This document shows positions 34,901 to 49,300 of a stretch of 64,000 nt of DNA, in pieces. Under the pieces are notes generated by a model. The model saw only the letters and a program-made list of their open reading frames with translations. It had not been told where the DNA came from and did not search any database. Position 1 is the first letter of the stretch. Every line of letters begins with the position of its first letter. The translations under genes were made by a program, and so were the position numbers. The DNA is from Bugula neritina (lineage: Eukaryota; Animalia; Bryozoa). The stretch covers positions 19,468,995 through 19,532,994 of the forward strand of contig OZ037765.1 in assembly GCA_964035545.1 (NCBI GenBank), in the 5' to 3' direction.

Positions 34901-37900
34901 AAAGGGTACGACATCTATAGTATCATAGCAATTAGACTGAGCACCTATTCCCAGCTACAGACTAGACAACATAGGAATGACAACAGGCTAATAGTGAAGG
35001 TATTAGAACCCGTCCCATGTTGTTACTACAGAGTCACAATGATGAACAGTCTAACACTATCAATCTATTCCCTTTGGTTTAGAAGCAAATACTGGCCGTT
35101 TCTGGTTGGCTGACATTTTTACCTGCTGAAGCAAGCCTTCGGCTGCTTTGGCTCTTTCTTTTTCTTCCCGTAGTTGTCTTTCCAAATATTCTATCTTCTT
35201 TTTGAATTGGTTCTAAAAATGTTACATATACTACAGTAAATAAAAATCATGTAATTATCTGCATGTATTGCTAGCATTTCTGTTTAGAGTATGAATGTAT
35301 GACAAAGCTTAACAGTTGATTATAGCAAAAATATATGAGTCTTCAAGTTGGACCTTTGAAAGAGCATTTTATTTGTATAACAGCATAATGAGCAGTATAA
35401 AACATTGTGTAGAGGTAATAGCATATATGTGCTTCAAGCAAGTAATCAATAAAGAATCATCTGAAATGGTAATATGCAGTAGATCCTTCAAATAGATTCC
35501 TTGTTGAAGGATCTATACTGGACTCCTTAGATCTTATTTTCATAGCTACATTTTCAACTGTGGGCCTGCAAGGCTTACAGTTTGATGATGTAATATTGTA
35601 TTCCATTATAGTCAACTTGCTATCATACAACCCATTTGACAAAAAGATACTTTAGTTCAAAATAATTAAGTGTTGAGTAAACGTTTTAAAGTGAAATTTA
35701 CAGCTTAAACCTATTAGTACAATAATGAAAGATAGTGAAACTTTCTCAGAAATAAATGGTATCAGCACATATCACAGTCTAAGCTTGAAACTATTTGTGG
35801 TTTTACAAGTGATGAAGTGCAATTCTTATTAATGTATATTAGTTGGTAAAAACAAATTCAAAACTGTTCCTTCATCAACATCATTAAAGCTTGCCATTCT
35901 TTCACCTGTTTCGGTGCAGGATAAATTTCAAACTAATATATTATAATATGCTGATTTTCAATTAATTTCTTTTCATAATTTTGTGCTAAATTTAAATTAA
36001 TCATATGATTTAAATGAAAAAATGACTCCAACAACATTTGTATTTCCTTTTCATAGTTAGTACTTTATTGCAAGTAAAATTTAAAGTTTTTGTATGTAAT
36101 CAACAATAATTAAATCTTTGTGTGTACCTACCAAAAAATATTATAAAGAGGTGAGAATTTGAATGGTCGAGTTTTACTGATGAGTTTTTAGCTAGGTAAG
36201 TTTCTAGATAAGATAATTGCTTTAACTCATCCACACCCAGGCATACTATTTCATGAATGGCTTAAGTTGGCTAGGTACAAGCATATGATTATTATCATTA
36301 TATTTTTTTTATTTCAACCATATTCTATTGCATTTGGGGGCACTATTTATATGCCTATATTAAGTATAATATAGCGTTGGGCAAAATTTCCAATTTCTCG
36401 TGATGTTGAATGTTAATTTGTTTCTCTTTACCTGCCATTCTTTGATTTTAGACTGCAGGTGTAAGTTCTAATTGAATATCAAATCACATATTATTCATAT
36501 GTTATGGTATTACATTTCCATAACCTATATTAAGTAGCCTGGCATATATAACTTATGTCTGGTATGATAGTATGATATTTATTTACCTGCAGATCAAGGG
36601 GAAGACGGCTCATGTGCTGTGATACTAGATTGTCATTAGAGACATCATAGTGTGCTGGTTCCCTAGGAGAAGGTGTCACACTGCTGCCAGTTGCGTCATC
36701 ACTGTTAGACACATTTGTTTCTGAGGAATCAGATGCGTTTGTTGTCTCCCCTTCATGCTCATTGATTGCCTCGAGTAGAGATCGGAGTATAGTGTTCTTC
36801 ATTGTCAATTTATTGATATCTCCCTTTAGACTGTTCTCCATTTTACACATTTCTTGTCTTAGGTTCGCTATTTCATCTTCATATGTGAGGATCTTCTGCT
36901 CACTATCATATAATCCATTGACTAGCTTTGCTACAGGAGAATGTAGTTACTATTATAGTATTATACATGCAGTGTACACCACCTAATAGCACTCAGAGCA
37001 ATGCTGTTACTAAATCAGTTTTATGAAGTAACTTTGTTCCCTACAGACAAAATCAATTTTTTATTAATGAAAATAAAAGATGTAATTCAGTTTCTTTGTA
37101 ATTCATATTTTCTGCCGAAGCTGGGCTCCCTACTATTGGCACATATATATAAATTCTAGACGCCAGCTATGAACTATAGTCTACGTATTACTATATTCCA
37201 TTTACACTTTCACTCTGCTACAAATGAGTTACAAGACACTGTTTAACGAGCTTGTAGCTCTCTTACATGAAACCAACAATGAAAGCCCGCGATCAATATT
37301 ATTTATACACGAACAAGATTACAAGTCCTTATAATTATAGTACAGTATATTACATGATACAAAAAGTATAGTAGAGTACTACTTTCTGTCTATAACCATT
37401 CAACCACCAGCACTAGATATAAGTTCCTTCAAGTGCAAAAGACTTCAATATGCTGTTTATAAGCAAGTAAAGGAAGCAAACTACTTGTCTAACCAATGAA
37501 AACCACGCAAGTATATTATCAGCGCATTTACACAAATTACTTGGTCATTGAAATCAGGGTAGGGTTTTCCTACTACTAAGAAAGTACAAACTATATAAGT
37601 GTATCTTTAATAGAACTTTTTTCTAGCAGGTAGACATGTAGTAAGCGTCTAATAGCTTACATTTAACCATAAATTTAATAGAAAAATTACCCTTTATACA
37701 CTTGTGCAGAGGCAAATCCAAAAGTAATTTAGAGAGCCAGTTTTTAGTATTTCAGTAAGTATTTGTGTATTTTAATTTTGATTATAAAGTTATTTTTATT
37801 ACTAAATATACATTACATACACCAAATATACTAAATCAAATACAAATATAGCATGAGTGATAATCTACGCACATAGTTGTTACAAACACAATTACAAATT

Positions 37901-40900
37901 ATCCTACATTTCAACACACAGCAAATTCCACTGCAACTTTAAAAAAAGAAGTGACAGTACTATAGAAAGCTATAAATTAAACCATACTTACAATAACTTA
38001 TTGATATATATGATTACAAAAGGTCTAGTTAAAATTAATTAAACAAGTAATATGAATCATAATTTTAATATAACGATCAGTAGCATAAAATACATGCCTT
38101 AATTTCTTCTGGTGTATATTTATGCCAACTAGATTTATTATTTACAGTAAACTCTGAGATCATATACATGTAAATAGCATAATATTTTGAGTATAATAAG
38201 AGCAGCTGTTGTGACTATATACGCAGTAAACTGCATGTACAGCATTAGAGAAGAATGAGGTCCTACAATCAAACTTAGCAGGTAATGCACGTGCAATATA
38301 TAAATGACCATTTAGACAGGAACACAGTCTATAGCTTTGAGCAGAGGAGTGAGCTTCATACTTAACTGGCCAGTTTATTGGACAACTATTTAAAAGCTGC
38401 AAGAAAAGACAATTTCTGTTAACACAGCTTATTAAATTTGTAAGTATAGTAACATGGTGTATAGCTATTATGTTTTCATTAAATAGCTCCTGAATGCATG
38501 ATATAATATAATATAATTATATAATATAATATAATATAATTATATAATATATCATAATATAATATGATATATAATGTATAGTCTGTTGCCAGGAAGAACT
38601 TTGATATTACAGCCACTGAAGCCTGTCAAAGACACCAAGAAACCCAGCATGTACATTAACACTAAAAGGTAGAGGCTTCCTACTGCAACCCACTTTTAAA
38701 CATGAATTAGTTATAAGCAGCATTAGGCACTGCTAATTATTTTAAGCTGAATATATTTATAGGCACAGGAGAAAGTAGACGCAGCATGTCTGCTATAACC
38801 TGTGTAATTAAGGACATGGGCTATAGCTTAACATAGATGTAACACCCTTCATGGTCAATCCAGCTAAGATTAGCTTACATCAATTTCCTTTCTGCTAGGC
38901 ATATGGTTTTATTAGCCAATACATTAATTTGCCTCTTATGTATAATATTAGTATAAAGTCTGTATACAATATAATGTACTGCGCATGCTTCTGCTAATAT
39001 GTATATATAATGTACATATTTCTGGGAATTCTTTATTCAAACTTACTGTAAATAAAAATGCTCATCTGATGAAATGGACAATCTATTAGAACTGCAGAGG
39101 CTAAATTAAGCTGGCAAAAAATATAAACTGCATTGCATATTTTTAAAACAGTTCTATGAGCTGCGATTGCAACTTTTTTTTTAAATATATTCTTTTAAAA
39201 ACTTTTAGTTACTCTTGTATTATGACTTACTTAAAATGTTGAAACAAATATTTACTTGAACTTTTTTATACAGACTGCTCTCAAATTTTGCACAAATCAG
39301 AATACATTAAACAGACTAGAAACAACTTTAACTTTAAACTATTTTTAGATTATTCTTCACAATATGCAAAATAAAAGTATGTTTATTATTTTCATTTGAA
39401 TTTTGTTAGCTATATAAACAAACTCTTTTAAAACCTTTTTCACTTACACCCAAGATTTAGTGTATATTATAGATGTTTACACTAAATTCACTTTCTGCCA
39501 TATCAAATATAAATTTATTATTATTGCCAATCGCTATATTGTTTAAAGATTTTTATTACCTCGGAAGTTATCTACACTGGTGCACTATCTAAATAGAAAC
39601 GTAACTTACCAATTTCTGGCCTCGACTTCCTGTAATACTCTAGCTCTGTGACAAGTTGAGCTTTCTCCGTATCAGTAACTAATGATTTATCAGCAGACGT
39701 CATGTCTAATGCTTTCAGTCTCTGATTTTCTTTGAGCAGTTGGTCATTGTCATACTGCAGCTGTTCTAACTGATGTTTCATGACATCGTCAAAGGGGATC
39801 GAAACACTTTCACCAGTGATCTGTCGTCTTAAACTGTCACGTTTAGAAGTGCCTGATGTATCTTCTCGAAGCTTTTTATAGTCAGCATCTTTATCTTGCA
39901 GTTGCTGCCTAAGGTCGTCTATTTCTTGGTTCATTAACTCAAACTTTGTTTCGTAGTACAGTGAGTTCTTCATTACTGATAGGGGACCCTCGTTCTGTTC
40001 ATCTTGAACAAGAGTTAGCTTTTGTTGCAGTGATTTTATCTGTAAAATAAGAATGAAGAGCAAATCCGATCCTCTCCAAGTATGACTGCTGCAAGCTTTT
40101 CAACAGATGCTGATTCACTGGTGAATTCCTTAGGTAAATCAAAACATTTCTACTATAAAAACTTGTGACATGTTCAAGTTTACTAAGTTGAGTGCTGAAC
40201 TGACAAGTAACAACTAGATGACCCTGAATATATACTCACAATATATAAACAATCTGACACAGTAATTATCTAACCTAAGATCGTATTGAGTTTAAATTAT
40301 TCTTTCATCAGTTTAGATTAAAACTTGTATTAAATAACCTATTTCAATATGTCAGCAATTCAAACTTTAGTGTGAAAAGTGACATTTAATCAATAATCTT
40401 CTCGCATTTTTAATAAAATGGTGAGAATGACTTAGCTTGGTGACAAAACCTGCCTTTGCATGGGTTCTAGTGGCAATTTTTGACTGATAATTGTTACATG
40501 AGAAGTTGTTCATCCTTGAATAAATTCTAGTAAACCATTAAAACTCATGCTATGTGTTAGTTAGTATTTGGACAAGTGTACAAGTATACAAACATTCAAG
40601 CTCTTAAGCACACAAATTAGTATATATTTTTCTTCTTTTGATGAGTTATTTAATCAATATCGGTATGACTTTATGAAAAAAATCTTAGTATACTTTATTG
40701 ATACAATTCATATACAATAACACTGGTGAATGGAGCTGAAACAGTAAACTTGATAAAATAGTGAGATTAATTAAAGATTAGAGATAGAAATAAAGAAAAC
40801 GATTTAATTATAACCAGAAAAACAGTAAAGGCTTCTTTTTCTTCTAACAAATTGTTAAGTTTATTGTTGAAACTTTACGATTTTTTTGCACAGTGAAGTT

Positions 40901-43900
40901 TGACACTTGTTAGACAAATTATTGAAGGACTGAGTATGTAACTGTCTGCACAAGCTGGCAATATGAACTATGCTAATGCTGCTGCGTATTAGAAAATGAA
41001 AGATCGTAGAGCCTAATTAATTCTATTATAGCAGGATTATGTTATTGATCTAATTAATGACTCAGGTATAGTATGCAACATGCAGGGTCAAACTTATGAA
41101 CTCTGCATATTACAGAGCATTAGACTCCTGCACACAAGAGCCTTTGCTCCTAAGGATGTATAAACAAGTACGTGCCCAATAGCACTTGCAGCAAACTTAA
41201 CAGTCAGAAAGAAATATCATGACGTTACAACTATGAAAGTATTTTATATAATTTCCTGTATGGTATTTCGAAATATATGCTTGAGTAAAACATAAACAAA
41301 CTCTCACGCTGTATCACACTGGAAGGTAGCTCTATCTTGTACAATAACCTGCACATGCCTGCCGTAGACTGCCTACCTGCGACTTCAGAGTGTCCATATC
41401 CTTGTGCAGCTGGTCATTGTCATGTCTAAGCTGTGTATTCTCCAACTGTATAACTTCAGCTTCTATATGCTCCGCGCTAGATTCCCCCCTATGTTCTCCT
41501 CGGTGTGCTGACACTTGAGATAGCTTCTTCAGCTGCTTTGCCAGAGCCTCATTTTCATGCTCAATATCCCTCAGCCTTTTTCTTAACATTTTAGCTTCCT
41601 CTTCAGCAAATACTAGCTGCTCCTTAGCATCAGCTTCCCGTTCTATACTCGCCTCTAAATTGCTTTTCAAAGTATCTATATCAGCTGACCCTTGTCTTAC
41701 TATCGTAGCCTACAAAAATAGAAATGTTTGGAGCCAAATATGTTAAAATGGGTAGACATTTGCAATTACTGAGGAAGCATTTAAATAGAATGTTTGGTTA
41801 TGCTCATCTATAAATATAGGCAATAATTTGCCTTTCAACTAAACAGTTGATGCTTGTAGAAACATTTTATTATACTACTCTACTGTTTTGACCTTAAGCA
41901 AAACTTGATGAAAATAAATTGGCAAAAGTATAAATATAAGCCTGCATACCTTTACACACTAATAAACTGCATAGTTCATCTTGTTGCAGGTTGAGCATAA
42001 CTAACTACATTTCATTGCGCTTCTATTAATAGTGTATTACACAATTAGAATTGATAAAAAATTCAATTAAACTGTTAAAGTTCTAACATTAGGTGCCACA
42101 AAAATGCAAAGTACACATATAACATATATTTATAGATAAGTAATAGATCATAATTATTTTATAAGAAAAAAGCAGTAGTGTGTCCTCGTTTTGAAACATG
42201 CAGAAAGTCTTAATACTGTAAGCATGCAGATCTCACCACTGGTAGTAGATTCGGAGATCCAGATCCAGCATTTAGCTAAAAAAATTATTATTACATAATA
42301 AATGATAAATTCAATATGCAGGATAAATTGTGATTTAGAGACATTGATACGGAATATGTAGCTTCTGCTACCAAATAGCAGTCTAAAAATGAAGCCAAGA
42401 AGTCATATAGAAGTTTGAAAGAACTTAGGCTATTGAAATTTTCCCATTTTTCAGCTAGCAGACCCTTGACAAAAATAATATAATGATATACAGTCTGTGG
42501 TTTCTCATTGACTACTTATATAACCAAAATAACATACATCACCTCTAAAGTTCCCCTGCCAATAATTGATAAGAAATTTCATTATTCTGCACTGGAACTA
42601 ACAGCAAAATTGAAATATTATTGAAACAAAATTTCATGTTTTCCAAAAAGTTGTATTCAATATCCAAACATTGCCAAAACTATAATAAGGAGAAAGAGAA
42701 ATTTATTATCATACTATCTCTATCTTACCTGCTCTCTCAAATGTAGAATATTATTACGAAGTCTGTCATTTTCTAAGTCAAGCGACTTTATTTCTTCTCT
42801 GTGGTTAGCTGCCTCAGCTTCCAGCTTCTCGCGTCTTTCCTCAGACCTCTGCAGTTGGTTGTGCAGCTCAACAGAGATTTCCTTCGCAGCTTGCAAGTCG
42901 CCTTCCAATGACTGCATCCTTCTAATTTCATCATCTGTGAATGTACCACCCTGCAGTAACTTTATTTCTTCAAGCAATGTCTCTTTTTCGCGTTCAGTTT
43001 CTTGCAATTTTGCATCAGCCTTTTTCAATCTAAAGTGAATGATACGTAGACTTCTGGCCATGTCATCTAATCGCTGCTGCAAAATAATTGTCTCATGAAT
43101 CTCGTCGTCATGAAATTGATCTCGCATCTCATTCATAATCAATTTAAGCTCTTCGATTTCTTCTAGGTATTGCTGATTCAATTCTTCTAGTTCCTCACAG
43201 CGTTCTTCACTTTCTTTCAGCGCCTCTCGATAGATCAACAACTCCTTAATTTGGTGCTTAGCTTCTTGCAATTGCTGTTCTGATGCAGCCAACTTGTTCT
43301 CTAAAGATTGACTCAAGGTTTTCAGTTCAGGTTCATTTAATTGAGCTTTTAGCAAATCAATTGAGGCTTTCATTTCTCCATTTTCTTTTTTCATGATTTC
43401 AAACAAATTGATAAGCTGTTTCATAGGTACATGCTGCTCATTGTCTATTGCCATGACAAGCTCAACCATAAAGTTTAAAGCAGAATCGTGGTCCACCACA
43501 TCTAAAGTCATAATTTTTCTTTTATCTTTAGTGCTCTTTGAAGATGTGCCATTTGAAAGTTGCTGTATTTTAGAATCTTTTTCAGGAATTGACTTTCTAT
43601 TAGCAGAATTTTTTGCTGGAGTATCATTTTCTATACTTTTGTTGATTTTCTTCGGCTTCGGGAGAGTATGGCGCCCCACATCATCTTTCACAGAGCAAGA
43701 GTATGAGTCTATCGTTTTTGGAAAAGGTAACTTTGGTGGTGCTGATTTATCCTCAATTATTGAATTTTCAAGACTTTTAAATTTGTCAAAGGCAGAGTTT
43801 GAAACTTTCATTTCTTTTCTAGACAATTGAGGTGATGTAAAATTATATTTTAAATCTTTGACTTTACCCTTTGCTGAGTCATTCCACTCAGCTGTTTTTT

Positions 43901-44459
43901 CTGCGGTAGTCTTTTTTGTTTCTACATCAGATTTATATTTTTTTATCCTATCTTGGAGAGAAGTTATTTCTCCTTTAGTGTCCCCTGGTTTTCTATTCAA
44001 AGTTTTGTCTTCAAATGTTTTCCGTTGGTTTTTAGATATACTTTTGTCCAGCGTGTTTGTTTGAGATCGCTCTTCACTAAGTTGTTCGTATACTTTCGTC
44101 TTTGCATGAATCCAGCGCCTCTCAGCAACACTGTTACTTCTTGTTCTTACTTTTCCTAGAAGGTCATCAGCAGGTGTACTTTTGCTTACATTTTCTTCAC
44201 TAGCAGCCCTTCGAAAAGGTCCTTTTGAGTGTCGAACATTCTCAGGTTTTGGCGAAGTAAACTGTTCAAAGTGTTCTTTGTAGGAAGAAAATGAGTCAGA
44301 CTTGTCCGCCAATTTTCCTGGTGGGTGACTTCTACCAGTCATGCTCCTTGGTGCAGGTGACGGTGCGCGCTGCCGTTTGATGCTGTTTTCGAACATGGCT
44401 CTAGCTCCTTTGACCACAACATTCGACTTCCCTCTATACTCAACCTGAGCAGCCTTCAT
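31947..44459 (-). CDS. SOGA/MTCL-family coiled-coil protein
   Basis: Exons 44459-42729, 41709-41377, 40039-39610, 36930-36587, 36452-36432 (microexon), 35212-35123 and 32780-31947, with consistent phases. LRIIHFRLKKAD, SLEGDLQAAKEISVELHNQL and EQLVFAEEEAKMLRKRLRDIEHENEAL resemble the conserved SOGA/MTCL blocks. The 3' exons are less certain. Confidence 0.8.
33564..34319. mobile_element. Non-autonomous DNA transposon (MITE), Tc1/mariner-like TA target
   Basis: Perfect terminal inverted repeats (TA)CACAGGATAGTTAAGGGCA / TGCCCTTAACTATCCTGTG(TA). Internal duplicated blocks (CAGTACCAGTAAAAT...TTCTCCAGTGTAAGTTTTTT) at about 33637-33730 and 33817-33911. No transposase. A second partial copy lies at 8380-8546. 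Confidence 0.9.
38500..38578. repeat. Degenerate (TATAA)n microsatellite
   Basis: Run of ATATA/ATAAT units in an intron. Confidence 0.8.
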
Positions 44460-45093
44460 TATGAAAGAGAGATATTACTAACTACTCTAGCCAATTATTT
44501 CCTTCTAGTATATATATCAATTATATCTAATGATTATACAATGGACCTCTAGTGCCTATCCTAAGCATTACTTCGGAGGGTATTGATGTAGCACTTGTTG
44601 AGATGAAGTTAACAAGCTAAGTTATGATATATAGTTGAGGAGGTTTAAAGTGGTCTATACTTGTGACAGCGAATCTGTTAATAAAAGATACAAATCACAG
44701 CATACTAGTACTGGTAAGATTGATTCGTACTGATAGGCTGAAACAAGCATAGTTAGTTAGACCTGTGTTTAGTGATAAGCTCATTAGTGTACTAGTCCTA
44801 CCTATATATATACACCAGCCATTCTTCATAACACAGCAAATCCATACATGCAGCTCCTATTAGCAACCTGTAAGATGCACATCTGCATTAATTACGTACA
44901 TTTGCAAGTCATGGAAGATCATTAGACCCACAATACAGCAACATAGTTGCACTGCATATTTTATGATATAATTCACACATTGCATATCAATGGTTTGAAT
45001 TTGTAAGCTAGAGCCACACATATAGACATACTGTGTATAACTTAACTGATGTGACTGACAAGTTTTAGATGATAGCTTTTATAAAATAATTTT

Positions 45094-45162
45094 GCCCACA
45101 CTGGGATTCGAACCCAAGACCTCTGGCTTGCAAGCAGGCACACCAACCATTACACACAAGAC
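45094..45162 (-). mobile_element. tRNA-like SINE head or tRNA pseudogene
   Basis: Minus strand TGTGTAATGGTT (A-box-like) ... GGGTTCGAATCCCAG (B box and T-arm). The acceptor stem does not pair, so this is not a functional tRNA. Confidence 0.65.
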
Positions 45163-46315
45163 TATTAGGTAAACTCAACACTACAGTTCTGAAGTTCATA
45201 GGACAGCAATTATTCTAACTTCTGATCATTGATTTGTAAATGCAATATAGATTTTTGTGATACAATATTTCGGAGGTACATGTAATTTCAATTAGCTCAT
45301 GTTGAAGACAATTTAAATATGATTAGTTAGACAGTAGCAGCATGACAGTAAAATAACAAATTGTGTTTTTAATTTTTAGAAAATCTAATGATTATTTCTG
45401 TACTGAAAGAGATAAGTGCATGTCTTAAATAATTTACAGCTATCTGACTATATTCAAGTAGATATTTTTGTAAAAAGCATATTGCAACTTGAAAAGGTAT
45501 TGATAGGTGGTATACATTTATTTATAAACATTTCCAAAAAAACAGTAGACTGGAGCATAACTATACCATTTTCTTATTCTAAAGTTCTGCAGATGTTAAG
45601 AAAACTATTTAATACACCGTCTAATAATACAACACATTAAGATTGCTTAAATTAAAACATATATTTGCTGCTCATATATAATAGAAACATTATTTTACTA
45701 ATTACCAGAAAAACTAGTGATACAGCAAAATTACACAAACTATACAAAATATGCAATATTTCCAGCCAACAAATTTATCACAAAAGTTTTGTGAAAGATG
45801 TTGAAGTTTTCTGAATTTAATGATAATAATGCAATTAGCTGGGTTTATTGTTTTGTGATAAGTTGTTGCTCCACGCATAAATATTATGAATTATTTTAAA
45901 GAAAAACCAAAAAATATAAGTGGCTGTTACATAGCAAAAAAAGGCACAGATGGAATTGTATTTGAAAGCTAATACATGCTTATATGGTGAGTTAATTTAT
46001 GCAGACTGAAGGCACTTTATTACAACAGTCTAGTTACTAGTATGTTATTAAACCATATTTTTACTTCTGATTCTTAGATGACTATATAAGTACAATATAT
46101 TAAAGTCGATTACAACCAAGCTTTTACAACCAAAACCCATTTCCAAATAATGAAAGTGCCTAACATAATAAGTTAATTTTTAGTTTTCTCAAAAAACGTT
46201 TTAAAATAAAAAAAAATGAATTGAAAAATCAAACAGCACACTAAGAAAAACATTTTCTATATTGAAATAGCATGCATGCAAATGCTTTTTTATACGGTTT
46301 ATATTTGCTCGGTCA

Positions 46316-49300
46316 CTACATACGATTGTCGTACCCAACTGTAGCTTGAGTTCCAGTTGCAAAGTTGGTGAGAGGAGGTCTGGGCAAGTGTCTACACCCA
46401 CCTGAGATAAAACAAACAGGTGAGTGTACAACCAATCATAACTGCTTTCAGAACAGAGTAGAGTAAGAACATAACTTACCAAATGCTCCATAGCCTGGAT
46501 CCAGTACAGGTCCTTCACTCTGTGGAGGATGTTTAATAAGCTCCGTATAGATGCCCACTTTGTATACCAGCTGGTGGGCTAATCGACTTATATGGTCTTG
46601 TCTCAACAGAATAGTCTGTCTGCCACCTTTGCCTCTGATACTCACCATAAAATCCATTACCTAAAACATTACAATTTGTAATTATAAAACTTGTATAGCC
46701 AATTTGATAAATCATTTTAACAAATATCTTACAAGATTCAGCATCTTGAAGAAAAACTTGGAGCAATTTCAAATTACTAATATTAGAATTTGATAACTGT
46801 AGTATATAATATATGAAGTTATAATATTGAATTTTCTAAATGACCCATTTTGACAAGTTAATTTTTTCAAAGTGTATGAATTTGCAGGTATGAAATCCTA
46901 TTCCATTAAAATTTTCCACAACATTATTCAACTATAAAAATGCCTTTCTGAAACAAATTTTCCACAAGTGTAGAGCGACATAAAGATATCTAGCAAGTGC
47001 CAGTTATCCCTACAATAGCTGACCTGTATAGTTACAGAGAGGTTCTGGTGGCATGGTTGGCTGGTAATGTTATTACACAGAGCTCTTCTGTACTCTGATT
47101 CATAACTCGCCAAAGTCAGCTTTCCTTGACTATGCATCAAAAGTGCCATGAGACGTCTGGCAAGAGAGAGCAAGGGATGAAGGCAAATCGTACCATGACT
47201 TCCACCCTCCGTCATCTACAAAGTTGTCAAAAACCAATTCATTTATGCTGTTCAACCAATCATATCACAGATAACTCACTATCATTCATCTGATAATGGA
47301 ACTGTGCCACTTACTTAAGATGAACTTAGACACACAAACCTTATAAACAAAAAACAAAAAATGCTTTGTTAGGCATAGATTGAAGATTGAAAAATGTTTT
47401 TAATATTCTGATTACAGTTTAGGGTTGAAAAATTTTTTCTATACACAGTAACGCAATAAGCAACATTTGGAAGCTGTTATTGTCCCACAGTTGGTCCTAG
47501 AACTACATTTACTTTGCAAACTATTAATCACAAATCCATACACACCCAGATAAGTTTTCCTGGCTAACTGTGTGACTAAATTGGGCAGATTTTAATCCTG
47601 CAGCAAATTTTTGTGTCAAGTGGGTTATCCTTCTTGACTTTTTTTACATACCAGCAATAGATATATCAATTAAACAGAAACCAACACAAAAGTGTGGCTT
47701 AGCTTTGCGACGTGCAACATTCAATAATTAAATGATTCTTTAAAGTAGACACAAGTGACTGCTTGGGGGGAGGATAGACTTGTTAGACTTTTTCCTGATA
47801 TGCTTTAAGTATAGCTTTTACTATTGTGTCGAGTCATACCAAATAGAATTATAGGGAATACAACTCTTGAGTTCATACTAACTTTGTTTAAACTCTAGTA
47901 CACCATAAACCCCAATTTTGCAGAAAAGATTTTCAATGCTGATAATAAAACCACAGAAGATAAAATAGTTTAGCAAAATCTTTGCCAACCAACCTCTATT
48001 ATAGCAAAATATTTAACAAGTAGATACCATGATTGCTGGACTGAGTGAGCGTTTGATGACATTCCAGTCCGGAGCCTCAGAGTAGTAGGCTATATGCATC
48101 TCAGTGAATCGGGCTATCTTCAGACACCCGTTACTCTTGTTCATGAGAAGCTCTAAGCATCTCCGAGCTGCCAGTTCATCCTTCTCCTTATCTAGAAGAA
48201 CTATTGTGTCTTTACCATTGAGTTTTTGTACCTGTAGCACAGTAGCATTCATATCTCTGCTTGAAGAACACAATTCAGCAAACAAAACTTAGACGAATCA
48301 CTTCTAAAATTAGTAAAATACTCAATAGGCATTCCATTGGCCTAAAAATTACTTGTTAGCACTTTCAAACCTCATGCAATAGTTCATTAGGATTGTTGAA
48401 TTTAACATTTTTAATAACTGAATTTTTGTGTGTGCATAAATGAAAAACCTGGAATAACAGCTGCACAAAAAAATGACTGAAAAACTCTGAAAATTTATAA
48501 TATAGTAAAAACTTTTGCTGCCAAGAAATTAATGCTGTGTAGTTAAAAACCATCAATATAAATTCTCTTGAACTATTTCCAATAAACTTAGTAATTTTTT
48601 TCCAGTTGATAGGCTTACAGAAAGAATACAAATTTTGAATAACCGAGCAGAATAAAATAATTTCGAATAAGTAGGTAGGTTGACTAAATTTTCAAATATT
48701 ACTTTCAGCTAGTAAAAGAATATTATATAGGAAATACTGATAGAGGCAGTCAGAAGCTGCTAAAAGAAAAAGACCAGCTTCCACAATTTGAGTATTTTGA
48801 CTACTAAGGCTGGTTTCAGCAACAAAAATTTCCAAAATACTTTTGCAGGTTCTAGTAAGAGTTAAAACTATTTGACTTACAAATGCGATGTGTGGAATCT
48901 GCTCAATTAGCTCTTCCACTGAGGTAACTTCAAACTCTTCAATGTGCATTTGATGCCCATAGCCTTTCCAATAGACAGCACCCAAGTCTGCAATAGTTAT
49001 GGCACGCGTAGGACTATTCTTCAGCAGTGCCAAAATCTGCTCGCTCAGAACTTTATACAACTCTACTTTGGTTAGACAGATCTTTCGCTCTTCACCATTC
49101 TCTAGGATCTTGAATAGCATTAGAAATGTGTTAGACATGCTTGCTGCAAAATGTGTACTGCTGTGAGTCATGTTAGATTATGTTGAAACAAATTTAAGTA
49201 AAGCGAAATATACAGAATGTAAATAAATTATCTCCAAACCTTAACTTCAGCATCTTCTACCATCTGTTTCAAACTATATTTTACAGAAAATTCCAAGTAC

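Noticed and set aside
45094-45162. Functional tRNA gene
   Set aside because: The acceptor and anticodon stems do not pair properly, so it is better explained as a SINE head or pseudogene.
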